Source: Candidatus Stercoripulliclostridium sp. (GTDB taxonomy: Bacteria > Bacillota > Clostridia > Christensenellales > DTU072). Taken from it: DNA of 36,109 bases. The notes beneath the pieces were generated by a model, which had not been told where the DNA came from, did not search any database, and worked only from the letters and a program-made list of their open reading frames with translations. The DNA lies in the NCBI GenBank assembly GCA_045631675.1, contig JAZQVF010000025.1:1-36109 (forward strand), read 5' to 3'. The position numbers were made by a program, and so were the translations under genes. Shown here piece by piece: positions 1 through 9,422 of this stretch (positions are counted from its first letter, which is position 1; every line of letters begins with the position of its first letter).

Positions 1-825
1 TAAAGAATAATCAATTTCCTCAAAGACGGCACCTACAAAAGCCTCGTTATCACCCATATAAAACGCTTGTGAGTTTATGATGTTAGTTTTACCATCGTTA
101 CCGTCGGCATAGTTACCATTAAATAAATATAATTCGCTTAAGCGATAACCATAATCGGGAATTACTTGAACGGTAACGAGTTCTCCCCTCTTTGCATTAT
201 CGGTAGAAAGTATAATTTCCCCGTTTTTAACGTTTGCAATAGTAGAAACTGGCATAGGCTTAAGGTCAAAAGCACAAGATATCGTTACTTCTTTTGCTGG
301 CATAACGAATTTATAACGTTGAGCGCTTTCATACTCAAGGGGAATATCGTTTGCCATTAAGGAATTATATACCAATTCATATCCTGCGTCAGGAGTAACG
401 GAGACAACGACTTCAGTACCTTTAGATGCGCGAGAATCAGAAGGCGTTACTACGTTAATTTTACCATTTTCAACTTCTTGCACTTTTACGTAGTGGCGAT
501 AGGTATCAACACTTTCCCAGCCTGCAAAAATGGTAATGTTGCTAACGGCCCTAAACATAGCAACGTTTACTTCTCTTTCAAGTTTATTATCAAAATACCA
601 GCCTAAAAAAACGTAACCTTCCTTTACGGGTGGTTCGGGTAAAACAAGAGAGGCCCCTGCTTTAAGAGAAATACTCTTAATTTGAGAGCCACCGTTAGTG
701 TTAAAAGAAATTATGTAATTGTTGGGAGCCTCTCCACCATCACCGTTAGTGCAAGCAAACATTGCGCTCACACACGCTATTAAAACTAAAATTAAAATAA
801 TGGAAAGGCATAACTTTTTCTTCAT
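1..825 (-). CDS. Lipoprotein with Listeria-Bacteroides (InlB B-repeat type) repeat domains; the 3' end runs off the window
   Basis: Absent from the ORF track because no stop codon is reached. ATG at 825..823, and the frame stays open to base 1 (no tta/cta/tca triplets in that frame). N-terminus MKKKLCLSIILILVLIACVSAMFAC is a signal peptide plus lipobox Cys. It is followed by NYIISFNTNGGSQIKSISLKAGASLVLPEPPVKEGYVFLGWYFD...ITIFAGWE, the classic repeat signature. No clear SD. Confidence 0.75.
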   Translation of the reverse strand, partial: MKKKLCLSIILILVLIACVSAMFACTNGDGGEAPNNYIISFNTNGGSQIKSISLKAGASLVLPEPPVKEGYVFLGWYFDNKLEREVNVAMFRAVSNITIFAGWESVDTYRHYVKVQEVENGKINVVTPSDSRASKGTEVVVSVTPDAGYELVYNSLMANDIPLEYESAQRYKFVMPAKEVTISCAFDLKPMPVSTIANVKNGEIILSTDNAKRGELVTVQVIPDYGYRLSELYLFNGNYADGNDGKTNIINSQAFYMGDNEAFVGAVFEEIDYSL

Positions 826-851
826 ACATAAGTATAATAAATTAAATATAC

Positions 852-2417
852 TTATTTGTCAATATGCCCAGATGAAAGATATGCGAGTTTTTTTAGAACT
901 TTTGCTGTTGCAATTGTGTCGTATAAAGCACGATGGGCGTTTTCAAGGGGTATACCAAACTCCTTACAAAGATTTTCAAGTTTGTTTCTTGAATCTCTTT
1001 TTAATATGCGCTTAGCAAGAACTAAAGTGTCAATGACGGCATTGTCAAAATTATAAAATTCTTTCTTCGCGTGATAGGTTAAATAGCCCATATCAAAGCC
1101 TGATATATTATGTCCACATAAAGTAGCACCATTACAGAACTTATAAAAATCGGGTATCACTTCTTTGAATTCGGGAGCCCCTATAATGTCTTTATCGTAA
1201 ATATGGTTTACTTGTGATGCTTCTTCTGGAATGTGCATCATTGGGTTAATTAGAGTGGAAAAAGTTTCCTTTAAAACACCGTCAACCATCTTTACTGCGC
1301 CTATTTCAATTATCATTCCGTCTTGCGGGTTGAGTCCTGTAGTTTCAAGGTCAAATACTACGATTTCCCCTTTTAGCATTTCAGGAAGCTCGCCTTCTTC
1401 CTGGAAAATTCCAGATTGTTCCGATTCAACGTATTTTGCAGGAGTAATCGTTGAATAATACTCGGGAACTTCATTATAAATAATATCGGTGTTAATACTA
1501 TTATAATCAATTTGACATTGAGCGAGTTTTCTTGTGAAAAGGTTATAACTTCCACTACGCTCGTCCATTTTCAATTCCCCTTCAACACAAACTTCTACGT
1601 CGGGGATAAGATAACTCCTTACTGCTTCTATATGTGCTGGAAACCTTGGGAAACAAAGCAATCCTACACTACCCGTTGAGTCGTCTATAATTGCTTTAAA
1701 GAATATTTTGCCTGCCTTTGACTGCAATTCCTTTACTTCTTTTACCTTGCCACAGAGTGATACGCTTTCATGCTCTTTCTTGATTGCATCACAAATGTAC
1801 ATTGGCTTTTTGGATACTGCACCTAAAACGTTGACGTTAACCCTAATTTCAACGAGTCTTACGGAAGGACGCACCGAGCCAACAGTCTTAACTTGTCTTA
1901 GCCCACCATTAGTTTTATTTTCATCAACGACACGATAAAACTCAATGGTAACTTCTTCCATTACAAGACTTTCAAGATGACTTGCTAATTTTTCGTCGTA
2001 TTTGCATTCACAAAGATAGCCAAACATATCTGGCGTTACACCCATTTTGACTAATACCGTGCCATAATTTATCTCAATGCTTATTTTTGCTTCCTTTATT
2101 TTGCCAAAAATTAGAGTGCTTTCTTCATAGAAGAATTCTTGTATATGTTGCGTCAAATATCTTTCCGTTGTTTCAGTTTTTTTGTAAACGACGTGGAAAG
2201 AGACACCATCAGGTATAATTCCTTCAACAATTGCTCTAACCTTAACTTTTAGTTCATCAGTTAAAAGTTTGTCATAGTCATCTGCATTAACTAAAAGTTG
2301 AACGACAAGTTCCTCTTGTTCGTTTAATATCGCTTTTGAAAGTTTAAAAATACGTTCTTTTTCTGTTAAACTATCGTTTAGGAGATATGTAAATGAATCT
2401 TCTGTTCTAAGCATCAT
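852..2417 (-). CDS. PolC-like N-terminal region + OB fold + DEDDh (DnaQ/PolC-type) 3'-5' exonuclease, with no PHP or polymerase domain
   Basis: 521-aa ORF. Start ATGATG is preceded by GGAGG and overlaps the ispG stop. Exo motifs VVFDLETTG (ExoI), GHNISGFDMGYL (ExoII) and HRALYDTIATA (ExoIII, H-x4-D) closely resemble the PolC exonuclease insert. An OB-like segment lies upstream (VSLCGKVKEVKELQSKAGKIFFKAIIDDSTGSVGLLCF...). The ORF stops cleanly 26 nt before the next gene. Confidence 0.8.
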   Translation of the reverse strand: MMLRTEDSFTYLLNDSLTEKERIFKLSKAILNEQEELVVQLLVNADDYDKLLTDELKVKVRAIVEGIIPDGVSFHVVYKKTETTERYLTQHIQEFFYEESTLIFGKIKEAKISIEINYGTVLVKMGVTPDMFGYLCECKYDEKLASHLESLVMEEVTIEFYRVVDENKTNGGLRQVKTVGSVRPSVRLVEIRVNVNVLGAVSKKPMYICDAIKKEHESVSLCGKVKEVKELQSKAGKIFFKAIIDDSTGSVGLLCFPRFPAHIEAVRSYLIPDVEVCVEGELKMDERSGSYNLFTRKLAQCQIDYNSINTDIIYNEVPEYYSTITPAKYVESEQSGIFQEEGELPEMLKGEIVVFDLETTGLNPQDGMIIEIGAVKMVDGVLKETFSTLINPMMHIPEEASQVNHIYDKDIIGAPEFKEVIPDFYKFCNGATLCGHNISGFDMGYLTYHAKKEFYNFDNAVIDTLVLAKRILKRDSRNKLENLCKEFGIPLENAHRALYDTIATAKVLKKLAYLSSGHIDK

Positions 2418-3426
2418 ATTCCTCCGTCAGTTTAATTAGTTCTTTTAAAACGTCTTGATTATCAACCGTTTTAATAATTTCTTTATTCTTAAAGATTATA
2501 GATTGAGTTTTGCCTCCGCATACTCCAAAATCAGCGTCTTTTGATTCGCCTATTCCGTTTACTGAACAACCCATCACGGCAATTTTAAGTGTTTTTTTAA
2601 CCGTTTTAACAAGATTTTCCACCTTATTAGCAAGTTCTTGAACGTCAATACAAGTACGCGCGCAAGTGGGACAAGAAATTACTTCAGCATAATCTTTTCT
2701 TAAACCTACCGCCCTTAAAATCTTAATACCCTCTTGCACTTCCTTTATTGGATCATCGGTAAGAGATACTCTAATAGTATCACCAATACCGTCAAGAAGG
2801 AGAGAACCTATAGCAACGTTAGATTTGGTTATACCCATATTAGCAGTACCTGCCTCGGTAAGACCTACGTGCAAAGGATAGTCGGTAAGTTTACTAAGTT
2901 CCCTATAAGCACAAACCGTATCGTTAACGTTTGAACTCTTAACGGCTAAAACAAGTTGGTCCGTACCATTGTCTTCCATTAAATGCGCCGTATCAACACA
3001 AAGTTTAGCAAGTTCAGAAGGGCTATATTTTACGTTTTGCGAGCCTTGATTTACACCTATTCTAATTGGCACACCCCTTTCTTTTGCTAACTTTGCAACA
3101 AGTGATATACCCTCTTTCTTTAGGTTGCCTGGGTTTATTCTAAGTTTATGCACCCCTGCCTCAATGGAATCTAAAGCAAGTTTATAATCATAGTGAATAT
3201 CTGCAACAATAGGAATGGGACTTTCAAGCACAATTCTCTTTAAGGAATTGATAGATTCTTTATCAGGAATGGAAAGGCGCACTATATCCGCGCCTGCATC
3301 AGCAAGGCGCAAAATGGAGCGAATGGTAGCATCGTAATCGGAAGTTTTAGTGTTACACATCGTTTGTACACTAACGTCTGCACCACCACCTATTGGAACG
3401 TTTTTAACGTAAACTCGCTTCGTCAT
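2407..3426 (-). CDS. ispG: 4-hydroxy-3-methylbut-2-en-1-yl diphosphate synthase (flavodoxin), MEP pathway
   Basis: 339 aa. GcpE signatures (VPIGGGADVSVQTMCNT..., RINPGN, C-terminal CPTCaRt / GCsVNG Fe-S cysteines). Synteny with dxr and rseP. Confidence 0.95.
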   Translation of the reverse strand: MTKRVYVKNVPIGGGADVSVQTMCNTKTSDYDATIRSILRLADAGADIVRLSIPDKESINSLKRIVLESPIPIVADIHYDYKLALDSIEAGVHKLRINPGNLKKEGISLVAKLAKERGVPIRIGVNQGSQNVKYSPSELAKLCVDTAHLMEDNGTDQLVLAVKSSNVNDTVCAYRELSKLTDYPLHVGLTEAGTANMGITKSNVAIGSLLLDGIGDTIRVSLTDDPIKEVQEGIKILRAVGLRKDYAEVISCPTCARTCIDVQELANKVENLVKTVKKTLKIAVMGCSVNGIGESKDADFGVCGGKTQSIIFKNKEIIKTVDNQDVLKELIKLTEEYDA

Positions 3427-3439
3427 TAGTATATTCCCT

Positions 3440-4549
3440 TCACCCTATAAATTGTAATACGTCTGCAAATATTGCAAAACCAAATATAATTACCATACCA
3501 ACTGCGTGAATGATTGCTTCAACTTTTCTTGGGACAGGCTTTTTGAATATCCATTCAATGAGTGTGAACAACATTCTTGAGCCATCAAGTGCGGGAAGAG
3601 GCAACAAATTCATAACGGCAAGATTTGCAGAAACTATGCAAACCACGTAAGAAATGGTAGCAAATCCACTTGAAACGGCTTCTTTCATAACGTTTATAGT
3701 AGTAATTGGACCACCTACCGTATTCATAGCAATTTGCCCCGTAACGAGACTTCCTAAAATTGACAATATTTCAAAAACAAGGAAGAACATAAAGCCAAAC
3801 GACCTACCAAGTGATATGTGGAATGGTAGTTTTTGAGGCATAATATATGATGAAAAGCCAAAACCGTGTTTCATCTCAACTTGACCATTTTCATCAAGTG
3901 AAGGTGTAAATACTCCGTTTTCATCATACTCTCCAAGTTGATAATCGCCTTTAATTAAAGTTAACTCAACTCTCTTTCCATTACGCAAAACTACAACTTC
4001 AACTTCTTCACCTGCCTTAGAAAATGCTTTTGTGGAATCTTCTGGCATAAGTACGTTTACTTGTTTTCCATCCACTCTTAAAAATACGTCGCCAACTTCT
4101 AAAACACCCACGTTTTGTGAGTCTTGATAAACGTCTGCTACTTGTGGTAGTACTTGACCGTATACGCTAAAGAATATAACGATAATAAGCCAACCTGACA
4201 CCAAATTCATAAAAGCACCGGAAAATAAAACTATTAAACGTTTCCAAGGCTTTTGATTATTAAATGCAGTCGGGCTTTCATTGCCCTCTTCGTCTTCACC
4301 CTCAAATTGGCAAAAGCCTCCGAGTGGAATGGGACGAATGGAAAAAACTTCCCCCGTCTTCTTATTAGTACGCTTAAATATGGCAGGTCCAAAGCCAATG
4401 CCAAATTCCATAATTTTAAAGCCAAGTATCTTGCCTGCCGTGTAATGTCCAAGTTCGTGAACGACCACCATAAACATTAATGCAAATAAAGCAAGTACTA
4501 TAAAGCCTGCGTTTGTCATTACCTCTTTAAAGGTAGTAGCAAGAATCAT
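3440..4549 (-). CDS. rseP: RIP site-2 metalloprotease, M50 family (RseP/RasP), with a PDZ domain
   Basis: 369 aa. HELGH zinc motif in TM1, central PDZ-like region, NLLPLPALDG motif. The ATG overlaps the dxr stop (ATGA). Confidence 0.9.
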   Translation of the reverse strand: MILATTFKEVMTNAGFIVLALFALMFMVVVHELGHYTAGKILGFKIMEFGIGFGPAIFKRTNKKTGEVFSIRPIPLGGFCQFEGEDEEGNESPTAFNNQKPWKRLIVLFSGAFMNLVSGWLIIVIFFSVYGQVLPQVADVYQDSQNVGVLEVGDVFLRVDGKQVNVLMPEDSTKAFSKAGEEVEVVVLRNGKRVELTLIKGDYQLGEYDENGVFTPSLDENGQVEMKHGFGFSSYIMPQKLPFHISLGRSFGFMFFLVFEILSILGSLVTGQIAMNTVGGPITTINVMKEAVSSGFATISYVVCIVSANLAVMNLLPLPALDGSRMLFTLIEWIFKKPVPRKVEAIIHAVGMVIIFGFAIFADVLQFIG

Positions 4550-5700
4550 TTGCTAATCTCCAATATATTATTTAATATATATTCCCTAACTTCTTGATAA
4601 ATACTAATAACGTCTGTTGGTTTTTCCACAATACCATCATTAAATTTGGTCAGGCACTTCACTATAATATCATTTATATCATAAAATGATATTAAATTTT
4701 TAAGGTAAAGTTCTACTGCTACTTCATCAGATGCGCACATAATGAGTGAAGGATAATCACTCTCAATAAGTGCAACCTCGCTTGCAATCTTCAAACAAGG
4801 GAATCTATCGTAGTCGGGGTGAGAAAGCTTTAAATCTGCAAGGTCGTAAAGTGTTGGTACTTTTAAGCCTAACGTATCGTTAATCCTATTCGGCTCAGTT
4901 AATGCAAAAGATATAGGAAGTCGCATATCGGGAGCCGAAAACTGAATTTTAGAGCAACCATCTTTGAACGTTACCATTGAATGTATAATACTTTCTCTAT
5001 GAACTACAACATCAATATTTTTTGTGTTAAAAAGATGTTTTGCTTCAATTATTTCAAACCCTTTGTTCATCAAGGTTGCAGAGTCAACCGTAACCTTTTT
5101 GCCCATTTTCCAAGTGGGATGATTTAGGGCAAACGATGCATCTTTAGTAGATATCTCTTCTTTTGAAAAATCTCTAAACGCACCACCCGATGCCGTAAGA
5201 GTTATCTTTTCTATACTTTCTAATTTTTCCCCAAGAAGGCATTGCCATACGCTTGAATGTTCAGAATCAATGGGGATAATCTTTTCTCCAAGTTTTGCTC
5301 CCTTCACGCGCGCGCGTTCCATAAATAAATATCCTGCGCCTACGAAAGTTTCTTTATTAGCAGTAATTAGCGTTGCTCCACTTTCTAAAACTGCAAAACT
5401 TGGCAATACTCCATCAAGGCCACTAATTCCGTTTACAACGACGTCAACGTTTTTATAAGTTTCTGGTTTTGATAAAACTTCCGTAGTGAAAACGTGAAGG
5501 TTTTTATCTCCCTTTTCTACGTCGTATTTTTTATTGCTAACTATCGTTATAGGATTTATATAGGCAAAGAATTCCTTAGAAAGGAACTCTCCGTTAACGT
5601 TTGCACTAAGTAGTGCAATTTCGTATTCATCACCTATTACGTTTAGTACTTGGCGCCCTATTGAACCCGTTGCACCAAGAATAGCAATTCTTTTTTTCAT
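4546..5700 (-). CDS. dxr: 1-deoxy-D-xylulose 5-phosphate reductoisomerase
   Basis: MKKRIAILGATGSIG NADPH-binding N-terminus and full-length Dxr similarity. I place the start at ATG 5700, 1 nt after the cdsA stop, rather than at the track's TTG at 5709. Confidence 0.95.
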   Translation of the reverse strand: MKKRIAILGATGSIGRQVLNVIGDEYEIALLSANVNGEFLSKEFFAYINPITIVSNKKYDVEKGDKNLHVFTTEVLSKPETYKNVDVVVNGISGLDGVLPSFAVLESGATLITANKETFVGAGYLFMERARVKGAKLGEKIIPIDSEHSSVWQCLLGEKLESIEKITLTASGGAFRDFSKEEISTKDASFALNHPTWKMGKKVTVDSATLMNKGFEIIEAKHLFNTKNIDVVVHRESIIHSMVTFKDGCSKIQFSAPDMRLPISFALTEPNRINDTLGLKVPTLYDLADLKLSHPDYDRFPCLKIASEVALIESDYPSLIMCASDEVAVELYLKNLISFYDINDIIVKCLTKFNDGIVEKPTDVISIYQEVREYILNNILEISK

Positions 5701-5701
5701 A

Positions 5702-6562
5702 TTATGCAACTAATGGTAAAAATTCAATAACTACTGCAACGAACAATACTGCAAAGATAATGCTATCCAATCTATCCATTAATCCACCGTGCGAGCCAAG
5801 TAGATTGGAAAAGTCTTTAATCTCTAATTCACGCTTTACTCTTGATGCAAACAAATCACCGATTTCTGAAACTATGCCGATTGCTAATCCCATTAAAGAG
5901 TAAAACAAAATTGGGTTTGATAACGTCTCGCTAAATTTTACGGGAGCATTTACAGGTACGCCACCGATTTCAAACATAGCGTAAATAATAAGCGAGCCTG
6001 CCACACCACCTACTAAACCGATAATAGAACCTGAATAGGTTTTGTTGGGGCTAATTTTAGGGAAGATTTTTGGTCCTTTAATTGCAGACCCAGCGTAATA
6101 AGCGATAGTATCTGCAAGCATTGCGGATGCACAAGCCATAAGGAATGGTAACATTCCGTATGCATTCATGGTTTGAAGCACACACATAATTGGTGCGATG
6201 GGATATAGCATAATGAATAATGTCATTAGCATATCTTTCATCTTAACCTTTTGGTCAAATACAAAGAAGCAGAAAGACAAAATCATACCTGCAACGAGTA
6301 CCATAAAGAAACCAAAATAGCCCAAGAATTTAATTGTGGGATATACGCCTACAACAACTATAATAAGTGGTATAATTTCTACGTTATACCCCTTTTGACG
6401 TACGCATTTGACCATTTCAAAGGTAGAAAGAACAAGAACTATGATAACTAATGCATCAAAAAAGTATTGTCCTTGTCCATTCCATAGACTTGTTAGTAAA
6501 ACGAAGCCAACGAATACTGCTAACATCAACAAGCCCGTTAGCGTCTTTTTAAGAATTTTCAT
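5702..6562 (-). CDS. cdsA: Phosphatidate cytidylyltransferase (CDP-diglyceride synthase)
   Basis: 286 aa, polytopic. C-terminal signature SRVKRELEIKDFSNLLGSHGGLMDRLDS. Start overlaps the uppS stop (TAATG). Confidence 0.9.
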   Translation of the reverse strand: MKILKKTLTGLLMLAVFVGFVLLTSLWNGQGQYFFDALVIIVLVLSTFEMVKCVRQKGYNVEIIPLIIVVVGVYPTIKFLGYFGFFMVLVAGMILSFCFFVFDQKVKMKDMLMTLFIMLYPIAPIMCVLQTMNAYGMLPFLMACASAMLADTIAYYAGSAIKGPKIFPKISPNKTYSGSIIGLVGGVAGSLIIYAMFEIGGVPVNAPVKFSETLSNPILFYSLMGLAIGIVSEIGDLFASRVKRELEIKDFSNLLGSHGGLMDRLDSIIFAVLFVAVVIEFLPLVA

Positions 6563-7248
6563 TAGATTTTACCGAATTTCCTTTTGATTTTCTTATATTC
6601 CTTGATTACGTCGTATATATCACCCTTGTCTGCTTCGGGGAATAATTTATCAAGGAAGAATATTTCCGCATACGCCGTAGAGTATGGTAAAAAGCCTGAA
6701 AGCCTTCTTGCTCCACCATATCTAATTAAGCAATCAACAGCAGGTAGAGATGCTGAATACATATATTGTTGCACTTCTTGCGTGGTAACGGGAGTAAATA
6801 TTCCACTAATTAACTTTTGCTTGAACACTTGGTTAAAAGCATCCGTCACTTCTTGCATACCGTTATACGCAAATACAAAAGCAATGGTTAAACCCTTGTT
6901 ATTGATTGTTTGAGAGTTTGCTTTTGCTATGGTTGACATCAATTCCGGAGTAAGCGCTTCAAAATCGCCAACAAAAAACAACTTATAATTTCTCGTTTTA
7001 CAAATAGGTAATAAAGTATTCTCAATAAAATCAACGTAAACGGAAGAAATAGCAAGTTTCTCGCCTATTCCTCTGGCGAGATTTTCCCTTGACGATACGT
7101 AAAAAGAAAGATGCGATATTTTTAGTTCGTCACACGCATCTATAATGTCAAGTATGGAACGGGTGCCGTATATATAACCGTTAACGCGTGGTAATTTGCG
7201 CGCCGTGGCATAACGGCCACCCCCATCCATAATGATAGATAAGTGCAT
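6562..7248 (-). CDS. uppS: cis-prenyltransferase / undecaprenyl-diphosphate synthase family, divergent
   Basis: 228 aa in the canonical frr-uppS-cdsA position. Recognisable but altered motifs: IIMDGGGRYA (usually MDGNGRWA), SSRENLAR, IRYGGARRLSGFLPYSTAYAEIFF. Confidence 0.8.
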   Translation of the reverse strand: MHLSIIMDGGGRYATARKLPRVNGYIYGTRSILDIIDACDELKISHLSFYVSSRENLARGIGEKLAISSVYVDFIENTLLPICKTRNYKLFFVGDFEALTPELMSTIAKANSQTINNKGLTIAFVFAYNGMQEVTDAFNQVFKQKLISGIFTPVTTQEVQQYMYSASLPAVDCLIRYGGARRLSGFLPYSTAYAEIFFLDKLFPEADKGDIYDVIKEYKKIKRKFGKI

Positions 7249-7253
7249 ATAGA

Positions 7254-7829
7254 CTATACGCTCATGATTTCAGTTTCTTTGTCAGAACTTAACTTTTCAA
7301 GGTCAGCAATAGCGTTTGATGCTTGCTTGTCAACGTCCTTTTCGTATGCATTGTAATCGTCTTCCGTTACAAGACTATCCTTCTTATAGGTACGGAGAAG
7401 GTTGATAGCATCACGGCGAATATTACGAATTGCAACCTTTGCGTTTTCGGTTGAAACCTTTACGTCCTTAACAAGTGCGCGACGACGTTCTTCGGTAAGT
7501 TCTGGGAATACCATACGAAGTACTTTACCATCGTTAGTGGGGAAAATACCTACGTTTGCAGCGATAATCGCCTTTTCAACGTTCTTTATTGCGCTTTGGT
7601 CCCAAACGTTAATAACAAGCATTCTTGCTTCAGGAATGGTAATGTTGGCCATTTGGTTGATGGGAGTATCAACACCGTAATAAGAAACCATAACCTTGTC
7701 AAGGATATGTGGATTAGCACGGCCTGCTCTCATTGACTTGAATTCGTTAATTAGACTGTTCTTGGTCTTTTCAATTCTTTCTGAAAGATCGTCAAAAACC
7801 ATTTCAACTTCCATTAATTCATAACCCAT
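7254..7829 (-). CDS. frr: Ribosome recycling factor
   Basis: 191 aa. RAGRANPHILDKVMVSYYG and full-length Frr similarity. AGGAG sits 8 nt upstream of the ATG. Confidence 0.95.
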   Translation of the reverse strand: MGYELMEVEMVFDDLSERIEKTKNSLINEFKSMRAGRANPHILDKVMVSYYGVDTPINQMANITIPEARMLVINVWDQSAIKNVEKAIIAANVGIFPTNDGKVLRMVFPELTEERRRALVKDVKVSTENAKVAIRNIRRDAINLLRTYKKDSLVTEDDYNAYEKDVDKQASNAIADLEKLSSDKETEIMSV

Positions 7830-7866
7830 AAATATATCTCCTGAGTTTATTTTTATTATATATAAT

Positions 7867-7895
7867 ATAATAACATATTAAATGTAATAATACAA
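7867..7895 (-). promoter_or_regulatory. Candidate sigma-A promoter for frr and the downstream genes
   Basis: Minus sense: TTGTAT-17 nt-TATTAT with an extended TGt, in the AT-rich gap after the pyrH terminator. Several alternative TATAAT-like hexamers lie nearby. Confidence 0.4.
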
Positions 7896-7926
7896 GTATT
7901 AGTTTTTTATATCTTTGATATAAAAA

Positions 7927-7956
7927 TTAAAAAAAAGGCACCCTTTCGGGTGCCTT
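7927..7956 (-). terminator. Rho-independent terminator after pyrH
   Basis: Minus sense: AAGGCACCC-GAAA-GGGTGCCTT followed by T8. Begins 17 nt after the pyrH stop. Confidence 0.85.
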
Positions 7957-7972
7957 AGGCATATTTGAATAA

Positions 7973-8677
7973 TTAATCTATGATAGTTCCTATCTTGTCA
8001 CCCATTACGGCACGCTTGATGCTTTCCGGTTCGTTTAAACCGAATGCGATAACGGGAGTTTTGTTTGTCATACAAAGGCTTACTGCCGTTGTATCCATTG
8101 CGGTAAGTTCACGCTTAATGAACTCTATGCCGGAAATTCTTTCAAACTTGATTGCATTGGGATTGCTCTTAGGATCACTATCATAAATGCCGTCTACGTT
8201 TTTGGCAAGAAGTAGTACGTCTGCCTTGATTTCAGCAGCCTTTAATGCTGCAGCAGTATCGGTTGTAAAGTATGGTGCGCCCGTGCCACAACCAAAAATT
8301 ACTACTCTTCCCTTTTCAAGGTGTCTAATAGCCTTTCTGATGATGAATGGTTCGGCAATTTGAGTTATTTGAAGAGTAGTTTGTACTCTCGTTTGAATAC
8401 CTGCCTTTTCAAGAGCGTCTTGCATTGCAAGACAGTTCATTACGGTTGCAAGCATTCCCATATAGTCAGCGGTGGATCTATCCATATTTCCACCTTGTCT
8501 ACCTCTCCAGAAATTACCTGCACCTATTACTATACCAATTTCAACTCCAAGGTCTTTGACTTCCTTAATTTGCTTAATGATGCCTGCAATAATATCTTGG
8601 TCAAGACCAAAACCTTTTTCTCCTGCAAGTGCTTCACCAGAGATCTTAAGTAAAATTCTATTATATTTAGGTTGCAT
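7973..8677 (-). CDS. pyrH: UMP kinase
   Basis: 234 aa. [12 protein letters not shown]-terminus and full-length PyrH similarity. AAGGAG RBS. Confidence 0.95.
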   Translation of the reverse strand: MQPKYNRILLKISGEALAGEKGFGLDQDIIAGIIKQIKEVKDLGVEIGIVIGAGNFWRGRQGGNMDRSTADYMGMLATVMNCLAMQDALEKAGIQTRVQTTLQITQIAEPFIIRKAIRHLEKGRVVIFGCGTGAPYFTTDTAAALKAAEIKADVLLLAKNVDGIYDSDPKSNPNAIKFERISGIEFIKRELTAMDTTAVSLCMTNKTPVIAFGLNEPESIKRAVMGDKIGTIID

Positions 8678-8688
8678 ACTTACTCCTT

Positions 8689-8715
8689 ATAAAAAAGGGA
8701 TACTAAGTATCCCTT
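8689..8715 (-). terminator. Terminator/attenuator hairpin between tsf and pyrH
   Basis: Minus sense: AAGGGATAC-TTA-GTATCCCTT running into TTTTTT. Located 10 nt after the tsf stop and immediately before the pyrH RBS. Confidence 0.65.
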
Positions 8716-8724
8716 AATTAATAA

Positions 8725-9390
8725 CTATTTAGCGGTTGCCTTTGCGATTTCTTCAGCAAAGTTTTCGTTTCTCTTTTCAAGGCCTTCACCCATTTCAAAT
8801 CTTACGAAACGACGAATGGTAACCTTTTCACCACACTTAGCGGTTTGTTCGATGGTGAGTTGGTTGATGGTCTTAGAACTATCTTTAACGAATGCTTGGT
8901 CAAGAAGACAATTTTCTTTGTAGTAGGTTTCGATCTTACCATCAATAATCTTGGTCTTAACCATATCGGGCTTAGTTGCCATCTTGGGATCGTTATTGAT
9001 TTGTGCAAGAGCGATTTCTCTTTCCTTAGCGATAACGTCTGCAGGAACTTCTTCTCTTCTTACGTAAAGGGGTTTAACAGCAGCAATTTGAAGTGCTACG
9101 TCGTGTGCAAATGCTTTGAAATCTTCGCCTTTAGCAACGAAGTCGGTTTCACAGTTAACTTCGAGAAGAACGCCAACTTTGCCACCCATGTGGATATAAC
9201 TGTCAACGATACCTTCAGCAGCAATTCTGCCTGCTTTCTTAGCAGCGGTTGCCATGCCCTTTTCACGGAGCCATTCGGTTGCTTTTTCCATATTGCCGTC
9301 ACATGCTTCAAGAGCCTTCTTGCAATCCATCATGCCTGCGCCTGAACTTGCACGTAGTGCAGCTACGTCTTTAGAGGTAAAATTTGCCAT
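8725..9390 (-). CDS. tsf: Translation elongation factor Ts (short ~220-aa form)
   Basis: 221 aa. N-terminal UBA-like [19 protein letters not shown] and the dimerisation core. Confidence 0.95.
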   Translation of the reverse strand: MANFTSKDVAALRASSGAGMMDCKKALEACDGNMEKATEWLREKGMATAAKKAGRIAAEGIVDSYIHMGGKVGVLLEVNCETDFVAKGEDFKAFAHDVALQIAAVKPLYVRREEVPADVIAKEREIALAQINNDPKMATKPDMVKTKIIDGKIETYYKENCLLDQAFVKDSSKTINQLTIEQTAKCGEKVTIRRFVRFEMGEGLEKRNENFAEEIAKATAK

Positions 9391-9422
9391 ATTTCTATTC
9401 TCCTTTATATCAATTCGTTAAA

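Noticed and set aside
719-1056. Plus-strand ORFs 719..1015 and 856..1056 spanning the lipoprotein and polC-like junction, and 166..360.
   Set aside because: They are antisense to the two minus-strand genes, run across the 26-nt intergenic gap, and have no RBS and no recognisable protein features.
852-2417. The polC-like gene as a simple pseudogene or truncated polC.
   Set aside because: The ORF is intact with a good RBS. The PHP-N segment that should lie between the OB fold and the exonuclease is missing, rather than frameshifted. The downstream 26 nt lead straight into an unrelated lipoprotein gene with no polymerase remnants. I kept it as a finding rather than calling it a pseudogene.
8845-9345. 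166-aa plus-strand ORF antisense to tsf. Similar long antisense ORFs occur at 9384..9818 (rpsB), 8321..8653 (pyrH), 6584..6913 (uppS), 13401..13805 (ABC permease), 23001..23369 and 23439..23780 (ftsZ), and 34253..34600 (rsmH/FtsL-slot).
   Set aside because: Each lies entirely opposite a confidently identified gene. Their translations are low-complexity, Cys/Phe/Ser-rich and have no recognisable motif or RBS. Long antisense frames are expected where the sense strand avoids TTA, CTA and TCA codons.
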